Below are positions 23,887 through 36,540 of a DNA stretch of 43,335 bases, piece after piece; position 1 is the stretch's first letter, and every line of letters starts with the position of its first letter. Source of the DNA: Octopus sinensis (Eukaryota). Where the stretch lies: positions 1 through 43,335 of the forward strand of contig NW_021834891.1 in assembly GCF_006345805.1 (NCBI RefSeq), read 5' to 3'. The translations under genes and the position numbers were made by a program. Under the pieces are notes generated by a model. The model saw only the letters and a list, made by a program, of their open reading frames with translations. It had not been told where the DNA came from and did not search any database.

Positions 23887-26800
23887 AAATATTATTAGAG
23901 ACAAAACCACTATTTTGCAAAGCAAACAAGGAAAGACTTAATCAATACATAAAATTTTAATAAATAGTCAAAAAAACCGCCACTACAATCGTTTCTTGTC
24001 TTGATCGACAATCTTCAGGTGGACTTCCAATCTAAAAAATCAAAATTTTAAAATATAAAAATAATAATTTTAAATAATTAAAGTATAAATGAAAAAATAT
24101 AAGTATATAATCCATATATAACCTATATATAATCCATATCGAAAATATAGACAAATTACCACGAATTCCCTAAAAAAAACCATGATAAAACAAAACTCTT
24201 AAAAACATATAACGATAAAATCTCCCTTTGCTAAATTCTAAAACAAACCTATATAGTAATCCCCCTAACCTAAACATTCACACACAAATACACACACGTA
24301 AACCACAGACCCACGACTTATACACATACCTATACTAACTTATAAACCTCAATATACACCAAAACCCACTCCCTCCCCACACAGACAAATTAACACATAC
24401 ATCCCAAAACCTAAATAACAAACCCATATACACATTCACACACAAACACACACACACACGCAAAACACGCACACACAACAGATACATATACTCCCTCACA
24501 TATACGCATATACATACTCACTAAACTCGACATATACAACAATACTTACACACCCACAAAAATCATTAAATACATTTATGAGCTTTAACTCAGCTTAGCA
24601 GCTCTAACAAACAACTTGCAGTAACCCAATCCCATTCTCTATGCCTACCTCACTACTACACTATTCCATTCACATTCCAAGCAACGCTAGTCCACCACCC
24701 GGTTATGCACGTGGCAAAACGAACACCACTCAAAAATTATGAATGAAACAATGTAAAAAAATAACCAACATCGAAAATAGACAAATTACCACGAATTACC
24801 TAAAAAAAACCATGATAAACCAAAACTCATAAAAGCATATAACGATAAAATCTCCCTTTGCTAAACCCTATAACAAACTTATATAGCAATCCCCCTAACC
24901 TAAACATTCACACACAAATACACACACGTAAACCACAGACCCAAGACTTATACACAAACCTATACTAACTTATAAACCTCAAAATACACCAAAACCCACT
25001 CCCTCCCACACAGACAAATTAACACATACATCCCAAAACCTAAATAACAAACCCAAATACACATTCACACACAAACACACACACACGCAAAACACACACA
25101 CACAACAGATACATATACTCCCTCACATATACGCATATACATACTCACTAAACTCGATATATACAACAATATTTACACACCCACACTCATACAGATAAAT
25201 AAATTAATTATACAACTAAAAACTCACAACCAATCTCATATACATAAACACTCCTATGAAAACAACATTAAATACATCGTAATTAACCAGAATATCAAAA
25301 ATAACAATATGACATAAGGATAAATCAAATACATACTTACAATTCAGTTACAAATTATGAAGTGAAATTAAATTCTTAGCCGTTAAAAAACCAAACAAAA
25401 ATTACGTTACCATAGAAATAACTTATGTAAAAAAAGAATACGCGCCATAGAAAGTAAACGTCATTCAAAATATGAATGGAGAAATATAATAAATGGAACT
25501 AAAAACTATATCACGTAGCAAACCAACGCTACTTAAAAAAATTTATTATGAATGGATTCTATAAAAACTACCATGAAAATCATTATATACATTTATGAGC
25601 TTTAGCTCACCCTAGCAGCTCTAACAAACAACTTACAGTAACCCATAACTATTCTCGATGCATACCTCACTACCACACTAATCCATTCACAATTCCAAGC
25701 AACGCTAGTCCACCACCCGGTTACAATTCCCAACTCCACCTATTCATTCACAATTTAAACGACGTTCCCTTCCACAACGCTACATATAAGCCTCAACATA
25801 TACACCGGAGATACACTTACACATCCGTGCGGATGGGTGAGAGTATACATTAAGTGTAGTGATGGGGCTCCCATTTCTAAACAATTTGTACCTATGTGGT
25901 AGTCTCCATGTGTATATTCACGCACGGGTATAAATGCAGGGGGTACACGCTCACTTCATTTGCGTGTACCCCTCACATGTACATATGCATACTATTTTGG
26001 CTCGATATATGCAACAATGTAATCGCGCCCGTGTGTGTGAGCATTCACTGGTTGTGCAATTCACCCATCTGGGTGTGAGTGGGTGTAAACGTATCGCTGT
26101 GGAGGTCGAGCTTGATACGTATATATTAGTGTGTATTAGGGGTTGTACGTACTAATTATGTGCATGTGCTTCACGCACTTGCGTCCATGTATGGATGAAT
26201 ATATTGGGATTACTATGTGGGTGTAAATAGGGTATGGGGGGGAGTTTTGTCATTGTATGGGTGTGGGTTTCATTTATGATGGTGGTTAGTTGGTGATTAT
26301 TAGTATGTTCTGTATATTTGGGTTAGTTATATATTATTCTAGTGTGTATAATTGTATACATATAATTGGTGTGAATGGGATTACTCCCATTTTTGGGGAT
26401 GTATGTGTTTATTTATCCATGTGGGGCGGGAGTGGCCGTTAGGTGCATATGCTGAGGCTCACATGCAATCCCAAGTACAACGAATGAAGTGGGCACTTAT
26501 ATTTGTTATGGGTGTGTGTACTTTATTATAAAAGACAATACCCAAATAAAATCTGTCAATTCAACATACAATAAAAAACAAAATACAAAGGGATCTTAAA
26601 CATTCACACATACATACAAAACTCAATAAAAACACCACTAAATAACACCCAAAACATATAAATATATCCTCCAATACATATAACAAATGCAAAATAAAAA
26701 TAAAAATAAAAATAAAAATAAAAAAATTAAAAAAATAAAAAAATCTAATATAAATTATTAAAGTTTTAACGTACCATAAACTGTTAAATTAATATACATT

Positions 26801-27203
26801 AAAAATGAACTAATTAAAACAAAGAAATATCAATAAAGACTAACTATAATTAAAGCCTAGACAACATAACCAAAAATATATTATCTAAACTAATTTAAAC
26901 TAAACTAAAGTAACCTAAAAGGGAACTATTATTGCTATTTATCATGAAACTTATTATATAGGTAAAGTAACTTGTGTCTGCATTTTATTTTGCGCTCTTC
27001 ACCAGTATTAAGTAAATTATCATACTTATAAAATAAAATTTCTTTAAACTCATTAGAGCATAAATAACAACAATTAGCTCCTATATTATAAATAATATTT
27101 TATAATATTTTATAATATTTTATAATATTTTACTATAAAATTGGATTTAATCCTAAATCTGATTTTTTTCCCTGTAAATTTGGATTTATTCCCTAATATT
27201 TAT

Positions 27204-27205
<2 letters not shown>
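23886..27205. mobile_element. Strongly strand-skewed non-coding element with internal direct and inverted duplications; probable Penelope-like or retrozyme-type remnant
   Basis: A/C-rich 23.9-25.8 kb, G/T-rich 25.85-26.52 kb, A-rich afterwards. 24138-24557 matches 24770-25184; 24570-24705 matches 25587-25725. Hammerhead motif near the left end; bounded by (TA)n. Confidence 0.45.
23980..24022 (-). ncRNA. Minimal type-I hammerhead ribozyme motif
   Basis: Minus strand: CCAC CUGAAGA UUGUC-gaucaa-GACAA GAAA C-gauu-G UA GUGG. Complete catalytic core, three helices and a GUA cleavage triplet. Confidence 0.7.
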
Positions 27206-27265
<60 letters not shown>

Positions 27266-27329
27266 TATATTATTTTATTTTTATTTTATCTAGTTTCATC
27301 TCACGAGCTGTGGCCATGCTGGGGCACCG

Positions 27330-27375
<46 letters not shown>

Positions 27376-28424
27376 TGTTGAAATGGAAAGATGAATTATC
27401 TTGTTACAGATTATTTAAAAGTTTAACCGATACCTGGGTAGCAAAAATCACAGCAGAAAAAACATGGTTGGAGTTATGACCATAGGGTGTTGCAACCGTG
27501 CGTTTGTGCGGGTAATTGAAGTTTAATATAATTAGTGAATGGAAGAAATGGAGTTGAACGAAGACTGTACAGAATTCCTTTTATTACATTCTACACATGT
27601 TTCAAAGGCCACAATTTTCCAAATTCTGATTGAATAAGGATACCATATTGCAGCTTTCTCTTCAGGAAAATCCAGGAATTACGATGTCCAAACAAAAACA
27701 AAGGCGCAGCAAGCAATTCGAACAATAACGCTCCTTAAGAGCCCATGTATTGGGGCAAACTGTTTCTCAATATACGTTGAAATCGGGGGGTTGGTGGAGG
27801 CCGACAAAAAGGTCCGTTGGAATAAATCAAGGTCAGGCCGCGGTCAAATCTAGTAGGTGAGGAATTAATGAAAACAAGGGGTGTGAAGATATTCTGTGTA
27901 ACCAAAATTAAAGCTCTGAATATTTTAAGAATTCAGGGTGTATTATTTAGGTGCGAGACACTACCTACCTACATGCATGTGTGTGTATGCTAGCCTGTGT
28001 ATGCGTGGGGCGCGAGATAGTGAGCACTGCTGAAAATAGCCGGTCAGGCGGCTGAAATAATTCTGTGTTCGTGTGTCCGTCAGTGGCCTGCTTATCTAAA
28101 TTAACATCGCCAAAAATCAGAGGGGTATATAACTCCTGCCCTTGCTTCTAAAAACCGACCAATCGCCCAAGGGGAGTAATTTCCCCTTGCAAAAATTGTT
28201 CAGAGATTTTTTTCAAAAAAAATTTTTTCAAAATTTATTTCCTTTTATTAGGATATCAAGGTGTTAATTGTCTTAGGTATCATTTATATGTAAGAAACGT
28301 ATGACGCCGCCAATGGGGACATCGAAAAGCAGTCTGTAAAAGCCCGTTTACCAAACGGCCTCTGGCGAACAATATGTGGAAAAGCTCAGAGTTACAAAGA
28401 TTACATATCCTTTATTCCATTCAC

Positions 28425-28439
28425 TAATTATATATATAT

Positions 28440-28525
<86 letters not shown>

Positions 28526-28557
28526 ATATAGGTATATAGAAAGATAGATAGATAGAT

Positions 28558-28651
<94 letters not shown>

Positions 28652-28652
28652 T
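28425..28652. repeat. (TA)n plus (GATA)n/(GA)n compound microsatellite
   Basis: Directly visible. Confidence 0.97.
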
Positions 28653-28865
28653 CATCTCTCTGTCTATATATCTACCCTCTTTGTAATGTTGGAAAATGGA
28701 ATAAGTATAAAAATGAATATTGTCGATTTAATTTAAAATGTCCATATGTGGCTGAAGCGTGCTCTACATTTTAAAACTGACGTAATATTTACATTGTTTA
28801 ATTAAATGAAGTAGCATGAAACGAGTAAACTACACTACCTTTGGATATTCTCGTTGCTTATATTG

Positions 28866-28907
<42 letters not shown>

Positions 28908-29302
28908 GACTCCGGCACTCGGGCTGTTCGAGCTTAGCCCGAATATAAATGTAATAAGGTGGACGTGTATTTATAAGCTGATTTCATTTCTGCCAACACT
29001 GACTTCAAGTATGTAATTGCAGCCAATAACTCGTGCTCCTTTTATTGAGCCTGGTCGCTGTTGGTTTATTTTCGTTCACCGTCTGTGTCAAAATATCATT
29101 CGTAGCAGACGTTCTCTCGACATCGTTCACACGCGCCTGACTCGGTCTCAGAAGTTACATCCCGAGTTCTTATCAATAATCGTAAAAATTAAAATTAATT
29201 CAAATGCAATGTTTTCTTGAAACTATAAATTTTTAGAGAGATTAATATTTAAATTAAAATCCATGAAAAGTTTCCGTTCTGTAATATTCTTAAAGGAACG
29301 AA

Positions 29303-29717
29303 GGATCTTTTCGGTTTGAACGGCAGTTTTTTTCTAGCGGTGGCATATGAAATTGTCACCCATAGTTATGACCCTAGTATCGATCTATTGCATTTCAATC
29401 TGTTTTAGGGTTAGGGGTGAGGGAAGGGTATCTGTTTTTCTTCAGAAATGTAAATAAACCCAATCTGTTTCTTAAACGAGGGACATATTCATACGGCACA
29501 GAATGTTTTTTTACCTCAATAGACGTCAATGATTGGTTGAAATTGCAGAAATTGAAGAAAAAAACAACAACAAATATCTTACATACTATAGAATTTTCTC
29601 AATAAAGCCAAGAGAAAAAGATGTTTTATAAACACATTCTATCAGTATACGAAGTTTAAAAGTGTTTAGTTACGTGGAAATTATTTTAAAAAACTGCCGT
29701 TCAAACAGAAAAGACCC
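29303..29717. mobile_element. 415-bp non-autonomous TIR element with an 8-bp TSD (Merlin-like)
   Basis: TIRs ggatcttttcggtttgaacggcagtttttt and aaaaaactgccgttcaaacagaaaagaccc (2 mismatches in 30). Perfect flanking direct repeat ggaacgaa at 29295-29302 and 29718-29725. GG termini with an 8-bp TSD fit Merlin. Confidence 0.85.
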
Positions 29718-30095
29718 GGAACGAAAATTTATCCAGCAACTCGGGCTAATAGGAACGAGCCTGGAAGGTGTAAAGGAGAAACTGGCATCTCTTGTCAAGA
29801 TTACAAGCGACAGTCAGATCGCTGGTGTTTGCTTGTGCACTCTGCTGTCGTAATTTGATTGCTGTTATTCTGTGCATTTGTGCGCAAAAATCAGTTGTGT
29901 TTTGCAGGGTTGCTTTCTTGTAATCCTTAACTTAGAAACGGAGAAAGACATAGCGTTAGATGTGAAAAAATAAGCCATTTGGGGCTAGAAATAAAGCGGG
30001 AAAACGTGAAATTCTTCGAGTAGAAATGTGTCTTGTATGAAATCTGTGATGAGCCCGTGTGACACTGAATCGCCTCTGAGATATATATATATAAA

Positions 30096-30141
<46 letters not shown>

Positions 30142-30160
30142 TCATGAACGTATGCGCGTG

Positions 30161-30216
<56 letters not shown>

Positions 30217-30931
30217 GGTCCATAAAGACACACCCGATGGTTTTGATATCACGATGGGAAGATCTGCTTCAGCACAAGTAACTGATTTGGTCTGAATATA
30301 TATACTTTCTGAAATGGCAGACCAGTTCCCAAACATCAACAGAGGTCTATATCGTGTTGATTGTTTACTTTACCTCAAAAATGTTTCTGACCAAAAAGTA
30401 CAAAATGTTAAGAATACTTCAGTTAAGTTTTTTTTTCCGTAGAATGGGTTTAGGCATTGTCTTTAGGATGATGTAACGAAAGCCAACTTAACTTACGCAA
30501 TAATTCTTACGTCCCATACCACAAACAATCGACCAACCTTAAGTATATTAGCCAATTAAATAATCATTCTAAGGCGATCACTAAGAACTTAGTTAAGAAT
30601 ATTTCATTTAGATTTTCTAAGTTCTCTGCCTATGTAGGCACTTTTAACGACAAGGCTCAATTTTGTACCCCTGCCTTACTTAAAGCAGTTTATACAGATA
30701 AAGTTATCTACATTGATTGCATTCAATCTTATTCTACCTTTAGTAAGGGAGACATGAAATCTAGCTGTAAGGATATAAACGATATCAGTTTTAATTTATA
30801 CACCAACTCCAAACAGAGGAAGGGAGATAACCGTTATTTAAACCCCTTTTTTCAGTCTAAAGGTAAGTCGATGTCTTTCAAAGGTGGTTACACTAAAAAT
30901 AAGGCACTAATAGCAAAACAATTTGGTTGAT

Positions 30932-31016
<85 letters not shown>

Positions 31017-31117
31017 GAATTTGCATATCGGAACTGAAATATTTCTGTCTGTGTGTACACATCATTGTATATATCTATCTATATAAACACATTCAAGCAC
31101 ATAAAAAGACAGTCACG

Positions 31118-31151
<34 letters not shown>

Positions 31152-31284
31152 CGGGCACGCACACGCACACACACAAACACACAGACATATATATATGTTT
31201 GTGTGTGTGTGTGTGTGTGTTTGAAATTAAAGTAGAACAAACGCCGAAATGTTACTCAATAAAAGTCAGAGAGCCAAACGATTT

Positions 31285-31558
31285 TTTGATTAAAATAACC
31301 TTTTATTTATTAATTAATATATTCAATTAATATAATGATCAGAGAAAGCTAAATTACGTTAATATAGTACTAAGATATAATTGAGATATTTGGATGAGGG
31401 GATAGTCTTCTCTGTAAACTTCATCGAAGATAACCTGGTAATAACTGGCGATGTAGGTCATACGGAGATAAATCAGGCGGGAGATGTCTTGCTAGGAATG
31501 TGACCGACAGATATTTCCTGCTGGGAATATTTTAAAATTCGTTAAAATTAGCCGATAC
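31285..31558 (-). other. Probable terminal non-coding (3'UTR) exon of the EMI-EGF gene
   Basis: Minus acceptor gtcttattttcag| at 31559-31571, AATAAA at 31302-31307, and a matching consensus donor |gtaagt at 32848. The 3' end position is approximate. Confidence 0.5.
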
Positions 31559-31962
31559 CTGAAAATAAGACACAAATAAATAAATATAAGCAAAAATTTA
31601 AAAAATATGTAACAATATACAAAAATGTAAGAAGCGAACGCTATACTAATGGAGCATCCCACAAAAGGGTTTATTATAATCTTGCGTTCAGGAGGTCAAG
31701 ATAAGAAACGCTCATTTGAATAGTTCAGGGGTGGCGGGATATGTTACTGTTTCCTTTCCCTGGTAAACAGAATTTTCAGAACCTTCTGATGTTCAGCTAA
31801 GTCTGTTCTACTCTGACAGACTCCACTTAATGTAATATTGTGCGGTGGGTTCTTTCAGGATCCATACATATCTTGCCAAAGCAGTGGTGATGATATCTCT
31901 CCTGCATATTACTTGAGAAGAAAATTTTAGTAGATATACTGAAACGTCAAAACTTAGAACCA

Positions 31963-32002
<40 letters not shown>

Positions 32003-32004
32003 GG

Positions 32005-32365
32005 TGAAGGCGGTGAGATGGCAGAGTCATTAACACGCCGGGTAAAATGCTTGGCGACATTTTGCCCGTTCATTTAACGTACTGATTTCAAATTCCACCG
32101 AGGTCGACTTTTCCTTTCAGCCCTCCGCGGTCGATAAAATAAGTACCAGTCAAGGACGGACGAATCGTTAACACGCCGGACAAAATGCTTGGAGGCAAGT
32201 CGACCGTATTAATGTTTTGGGTTAAAATCCCGCCGAGATCAACTTTGCCTTTCGTCCTTCGGGATCGATGAATTAAGAACTAGTTCTAGACTGGGGTCTA
32301 TGTAATCCACTTCACCACCTCCTCCACAAAGTTCAAGCCTTGTTCCCATAGTAGAATGGCTTATT
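32005..32365 (+). mobile_element. tRNA-derived Meta-SINE-like element with a duplicated head
   Basis: aggcggtgagatggcag..ttcaaattccaccgaggtcgacttt..gtcgataaaataagtacc occurs twice, followed by the tail gccttgttcccatagtagaa. Confidence 0.75.
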
Positions 32366-32367
32366 AC

Positions 32368-32482
<115 letters not shown>

Positions 32483-32513
32483 TATTATTATTATTATTAT
32501 TATATTATTATTA

Positions 32514-32830
32514 TTGAGTTAGAGAGCAGTGCATGCCATCAAAGTGACACTGGGGTAAAATATAAGAAGCCAAGTATACCCATCATGAATACCCGTCTGA
32601 TAAGGGTAGACCAGGCATATGCATCACAACCATATGTGCGCGACATGGTGACCTCATATGAAGATAAATAGCACCTGACCTTTCTGGGGAGGGGAGGGCC
32701 CAGTTAGAATTTTCTTTTGGTCGAGTAGCCTATCCCTTTAAAAAATTTCCTGAATAAGGGTTGTTTAAGGATGTTGAACGAAACACCCACGATTCCAAAG
32801 GTGAATTATCCAAACCCCGAAGAATTCAAC
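32514..32830 (-). mobile_element. Retroposon (SINE-like family) 3' part with an (AAT)n tail
   Basis: gagagcagtgcatgccatcaaagtgacactgggg is shared with 36540, 37822 and 41322, each abutting (ATT)n. Confidence 0.75.
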
Positions 32831-32871
32831 CCAATTACTTATACTTACACGTTTTGTTGTTGTTGTGTGCT

Positions 32872-32999
32872 TTATCTACGAACACATGTTCTCCCATTGA
32901 AACGGAACCCTGGTTTACACAAACATTTGTAGGACCCTATTGTGTTGACGCATTTCCCGTATCTACCGCATCGAAAACTCCTTCTACACTCGTTTACAT
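32872..32999 (-). CDS. EMI-EGF gene last coding exon: calcium-binding EGF ([42 protein letters not shown])
   Basis: Acceptor ttttcatttgcag|, phase 1. D-x-N-E-C...C-x-N-x-x-G-S-Y-x-C cbEGF signature with 6 Cys. TAA at 32874-32872. Confidence 0.93.
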
Positions 33000-33304
33000 C
33001 TGCAAATGAAAACAAATTTATTGCACTTAATTGCATGTATATAAAACAGATGCATTATTTGGGGTTGGGTCAATGTAATAAGCACCAGTTATACTCTGGG
33101 GTCGATGTAATCGACTAGACCGATTCCCCCAAAAGTTTGTGACATTAAATATGTTCGTTGTTACACTGATTTTTACACGGATTTTTCAAACGGAAAAACA
33201 CTTTGTAACTTTAGTCCTGTGTTTTGTCCCTTTATGGTATAATTGATTTTTGTTAGCCCTTGTGGCGAATAAGCGAATTAATTATTATTATCTTTTTTCT
33301 TCTT

Positions 33305-33376
<72 letters not shown>

Positions 33377-33467
33377 TATTATTATTATTATTATTATCTC
33401 CCAGCCAATTGCTTATAGATATACGTGTGTATATTGTTCTTGTAGCTGCTGTTTGTCCTTTACTTAC

Positions 33468-33587
33468 CAACACATGTTCTTCTATTGAAATAATAGCCCC
33501 GTCTGCAGTAACAAGTGAAAGAGGTTCCTCTCTTGACGCATCTACCATTTCTCCCGCACCGATTCCATCTGCACGGTCCTCCGACGG
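33468..33587 (-). CDS. EMI-EGF gene exon: EGF repeat (AVGGPCRWNRCGRNGRCVKRGTSFTCYCRRGYYFNRRTCV)
   Basis: ctgctttccag| ... |gtaagt. 120 nt, phase 1-1, 6-Cys EGF spacing. Confidence 0.93.
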
Positions 33588-33865
33588 CTGGAAAGCAGAA
33601 CAGAAATAACACAATTATATATAACAATCAGAATTCTTTCATCATCATCATCATCATCATGATCATCATCATAATGACAGATAGTTACCACACCGGGTGT
33701 CATTTCGACAGCGTCTGTTCTTTCTAAGTTCAAACACCACAGACGTCAACTTTGCCTTTCATCGCTTCCGGGTCGATTGAATAAGTAACAGATGTTCACT
33801 GGGGTCGATGTAATCGACTTATCCCCGACCCAGAATTACTTGCCCTCTGTGGCAATTTGGAAATC

Positions 33866-33871
33866 ATCATT

Positions 33872-33923
<52 letters not shown>

Positions 33924-34045
33924 ACATCATCATCATCAATCATCATCATCATCATCATCATCATCACACATCATCATCATCATCATTATCATCATTATGA
34001 TCATCAACACCAACATCATCATCATCATCATCACCATCATTATTA

Positions 34046-34095
<50 letters not shown>

Positions 34096-34116
34096 TATTA
34101 TTATTATTATTATTCA
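33866..34116. repeat. (CAT)n to (TAT)n compound trinucleotide microsatellite
   Basis: Directly visible. Confidence 0.95.
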
Positions 34117-34447
34117 TATACACACAACCAGCCAGACTGTTAGAAAAGAAAAGACCCAAACAGGGGTCTACAAGCCGCCTTAAATATCAAGAACCCACCT
34201 ATTGGGTTGCAGCAAGTAACCTTAGATGCCAAGATCCCTCCTAAGCTTCTTAGCTGTCCATAATAACACTGTTTTCTGGAGCTGTACGAAACTGGGTTTT
34301 CTGCCTATGTCCTCTCTCCATCTGTTCAGACCTTTAGGGATAGTTTCCAATGCTCCTATAACTACTGGGACGCATTTTACCCGCACTTTCCATAGTTTCG
34401 GTAATTCAATGGCTACGTCCTGGTACTCTGCTATTTTTTCTATGGAT
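34117..34447 (-). mobile_element. 3' end of an R4/Dong-like (restriction-like endonuclease) LINE
   Basis: EKIAEYQDVAIELPKLWKVRVKCVPVVIGALETIPKGL..IG..QLQKTVLLWTAKKLRRDLGI* matches the RLE C-terminus of the R4 clade. The 3' end runs into (TAA)n. Confidence 0.75.
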
Positions 34448-34828
34448 GGAAGCACTCCGTTGGTTACGACGATGATGGTTCCGGTTGATCCGAATCAATG
34501 GAACAGCCTGCTCGTGAAATTAACGTGTAAGTGGCTGAGCACTCCACTGACACGTGCACCCTTAACGTAGTTCTCGGGGAAATTCAGTGTGACACTGAGA
34601 GTGACAAGGCCGGCCCCTTGAAATACAGGTACAACAGAAACAGGAAGTAAGAGTGAGAGAAAGTTGTGGTGAAAGAGCACAGCAGGGATCACCACCATCC
34701 CCTGCCAGAGCATCGTGGAGCTTTTTAGGTGTTTTCGCTCAATAAACACTCACAACGCCCGGTCTGGGAATCGAAACCGCGATCCTATGACCGCGAGTCC
34801 GCTGCCCTAACCAGTGGGCCATTGGGCC
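34448..34828 (-). mobile_element. Full-length tRNA-derived SINE (third family)
   Basis: Minus head ggcccaatggcccactggttagggcagcggactcgcgg..gcggtttcgattccc has A- and B-box-like motifs. The same head occurs at 19255-19310 (+). Confidence 0.8.
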
Positions 34829-35374
34829 TCATTTTTTTTCTATACTTCCCATATTAATGTTTTCATCATTTGGGACCGTAAAGTCGGTTATCTGGCACTT
34901 TCTATTCTCTTTATCTTCTGCTACCAAATCAGGCCTTCTAGCTTCTATTACTGTCAGTCTGAATGACGAACTCCCACAACATCTTATATTTCTTACTTTC
35001 TAATACTTTTCCAGGTTCGTGTTCATACCATTTGTCAGCATGTTAAAAATCCTAGATGTCCACACAAATCCCAGTGGATTACTCTACCGAAGATGTCATA
35101 TATTTTCTTGAATTCTTTCTGTGACGTCATGCTATATTCAATTACTATATGAGAAATGCCTTCTTCCTTTGATTTGCATAGGCTACATTTGGAATCTAAT
35201 TGGTTTTTGTATATCTTGGTGTTTATCCAATTAGTCCTTAAAACTTGATCCCGTGCTGCTACTAAAAAATTTCTCCCATTTTAAACTTCCTTTATGCAAC
35301 CGTAGCCATGTCTCAGTTATTATTATTATTATTATTATTATATTATTATTATTATTATTATTATTATTTTTATT

Positions 35375-35590
35375 AAGGTCTCGAGCTGGCAGAGTCGTTA
35401 GCGTGCGGGGCGAAATCTTTGCGGTATTTCGTATGTCGCTACGTTCTGAGTTCAAATTTCACAGAGGTCGACTTTGCCTTCCATCGTTTTGGGGTCGATA
35501 AATTGAGTACCAGGTGAGTAGTGGGGTCGACGTAATCGACTTACCACACACCAAAATTCCAGGCCTTCTGTCTAGAGTAGAAAAGATTAT
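35375..35590 (+). mobile_element. Meta-SINE-like element
   Basis: gagctggcagagtcgttagc..gagttcaaatttc..gaggtcgactttgccttccatcg..gggtcgataaattgagtacc. Confidence 0.78.
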
Positions 35591-35644
35591 TACTTATACA
35601 TAAACGTGTGTTGTTGTTGTTGTTGTCTATTCTGCTTCACTTAC

Positions 35645-35764
35645 CAACGCATGTTCTCCCATTGAAACGGAAACCTCGACGACAGAAACATCTGTAGGAT
35701 CCTGGGGTGTTGATGCATCTCCCGTATCTTCCGCACACATACTTCCATCTGCACTCGTTTCTGT
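35645..35764 (-). CDS. EMI-EGF gene exon: calcium-binding EGF ([40 protein letters not shown])
   Basis: tttacttttccag| ... |gtaagt. 120 nt, phase 1-1, cbEGF signature. Confidence 0.94.
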
Positions 35765-35807
35765 CTGGAAAAGTAAAACAAATTCATTGCATGGATGTAA
35801 CACTTAT

Positions 35808-36330
35808 GTATCATCATCATCACCATCCTCATCATAACCATCATCATCATCATCGTCGTCATCATCATAATCATCATCATCATCACCACTACCACCACCA
35901 TCATCATCTTCATCATCATAATCATCATAATCATCATCATCATAACCATCATCATCGTCTTCGTCATCATCATCATCATCACCACCACCACCATCATCAT
36001 CTTCATCATCATTATCATCATCATCATCAACATCCTCATCATTACCATCATCATCATCGTCGTCATCATCATCATCACACCACCATCACCACCATCATCA
36101 TCATCACCACCATTATCATCATCATCATCATCCTCATCATAACCATCATCATCATCTTCATCATTATCATCATCATCATCATCATCACCATCATCTTCAT
36201 CATCATATCATCATCATCATCATCACCACCATCATCATCATCATTATCATCATCATCATAACCATCACCACCATCATCTTCATCATCATAATTATCATCA
36301 TCATCAGCAGCAGCATCACCACCATCATTA
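35808..36330. repeat. Long degenerate (CAT/CAC)n trinucleotide tract (intronic)
   Basis: Directly visible; it is the source of the poly-His and poly-Met ORFs. Confidence 0.95.
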
Positions 36331-36485
36331 TTGATATTGATGTTTTGGTTGGTGTTATTCTTCAGGTGGTACGCTGGGAGGATTGTAACAAAAACCACTG
36401 AAACAGTGGCGGGAGGGGAGCGATGTGATCGACTATCCCCCACCGCTAAAATTTCAGGCCTTCTGCCTACAGTAAAAGGGATTAA

Positions 36486-36539
<54 letters not shown>

Positions 36540-36540
<1 letters not shown>

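Noticed and set aside
23886-27205. Possible mitochondrial insertion (strong strand skew, A/C-rich)
   Set aside because: I recognised no mitochondrial protein, rRNA or tRNA sequence. The internal duplications and hammerhead motif fit a nuclear repeat better. A BLAST against mtDNA would settle it.
27372-28425. (TA)n-bounded segment with an 8-bp hairpin (caagggga-gtaatt-tccccttg, 28168-28189)
   Set aside because: Probably a transposon remnant, but there are no convincing TIRs, TSD or coding motif, so it was not called.
33372-33614. ORF-track peptides such as SEDRADGIGAGEMVDASREEP (also 37011-37439 and 38564-38794)
   Set aside because: These are wrong-frame readings of the EGF and EMI exons. 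Splice phases select the Cys-rich frame.
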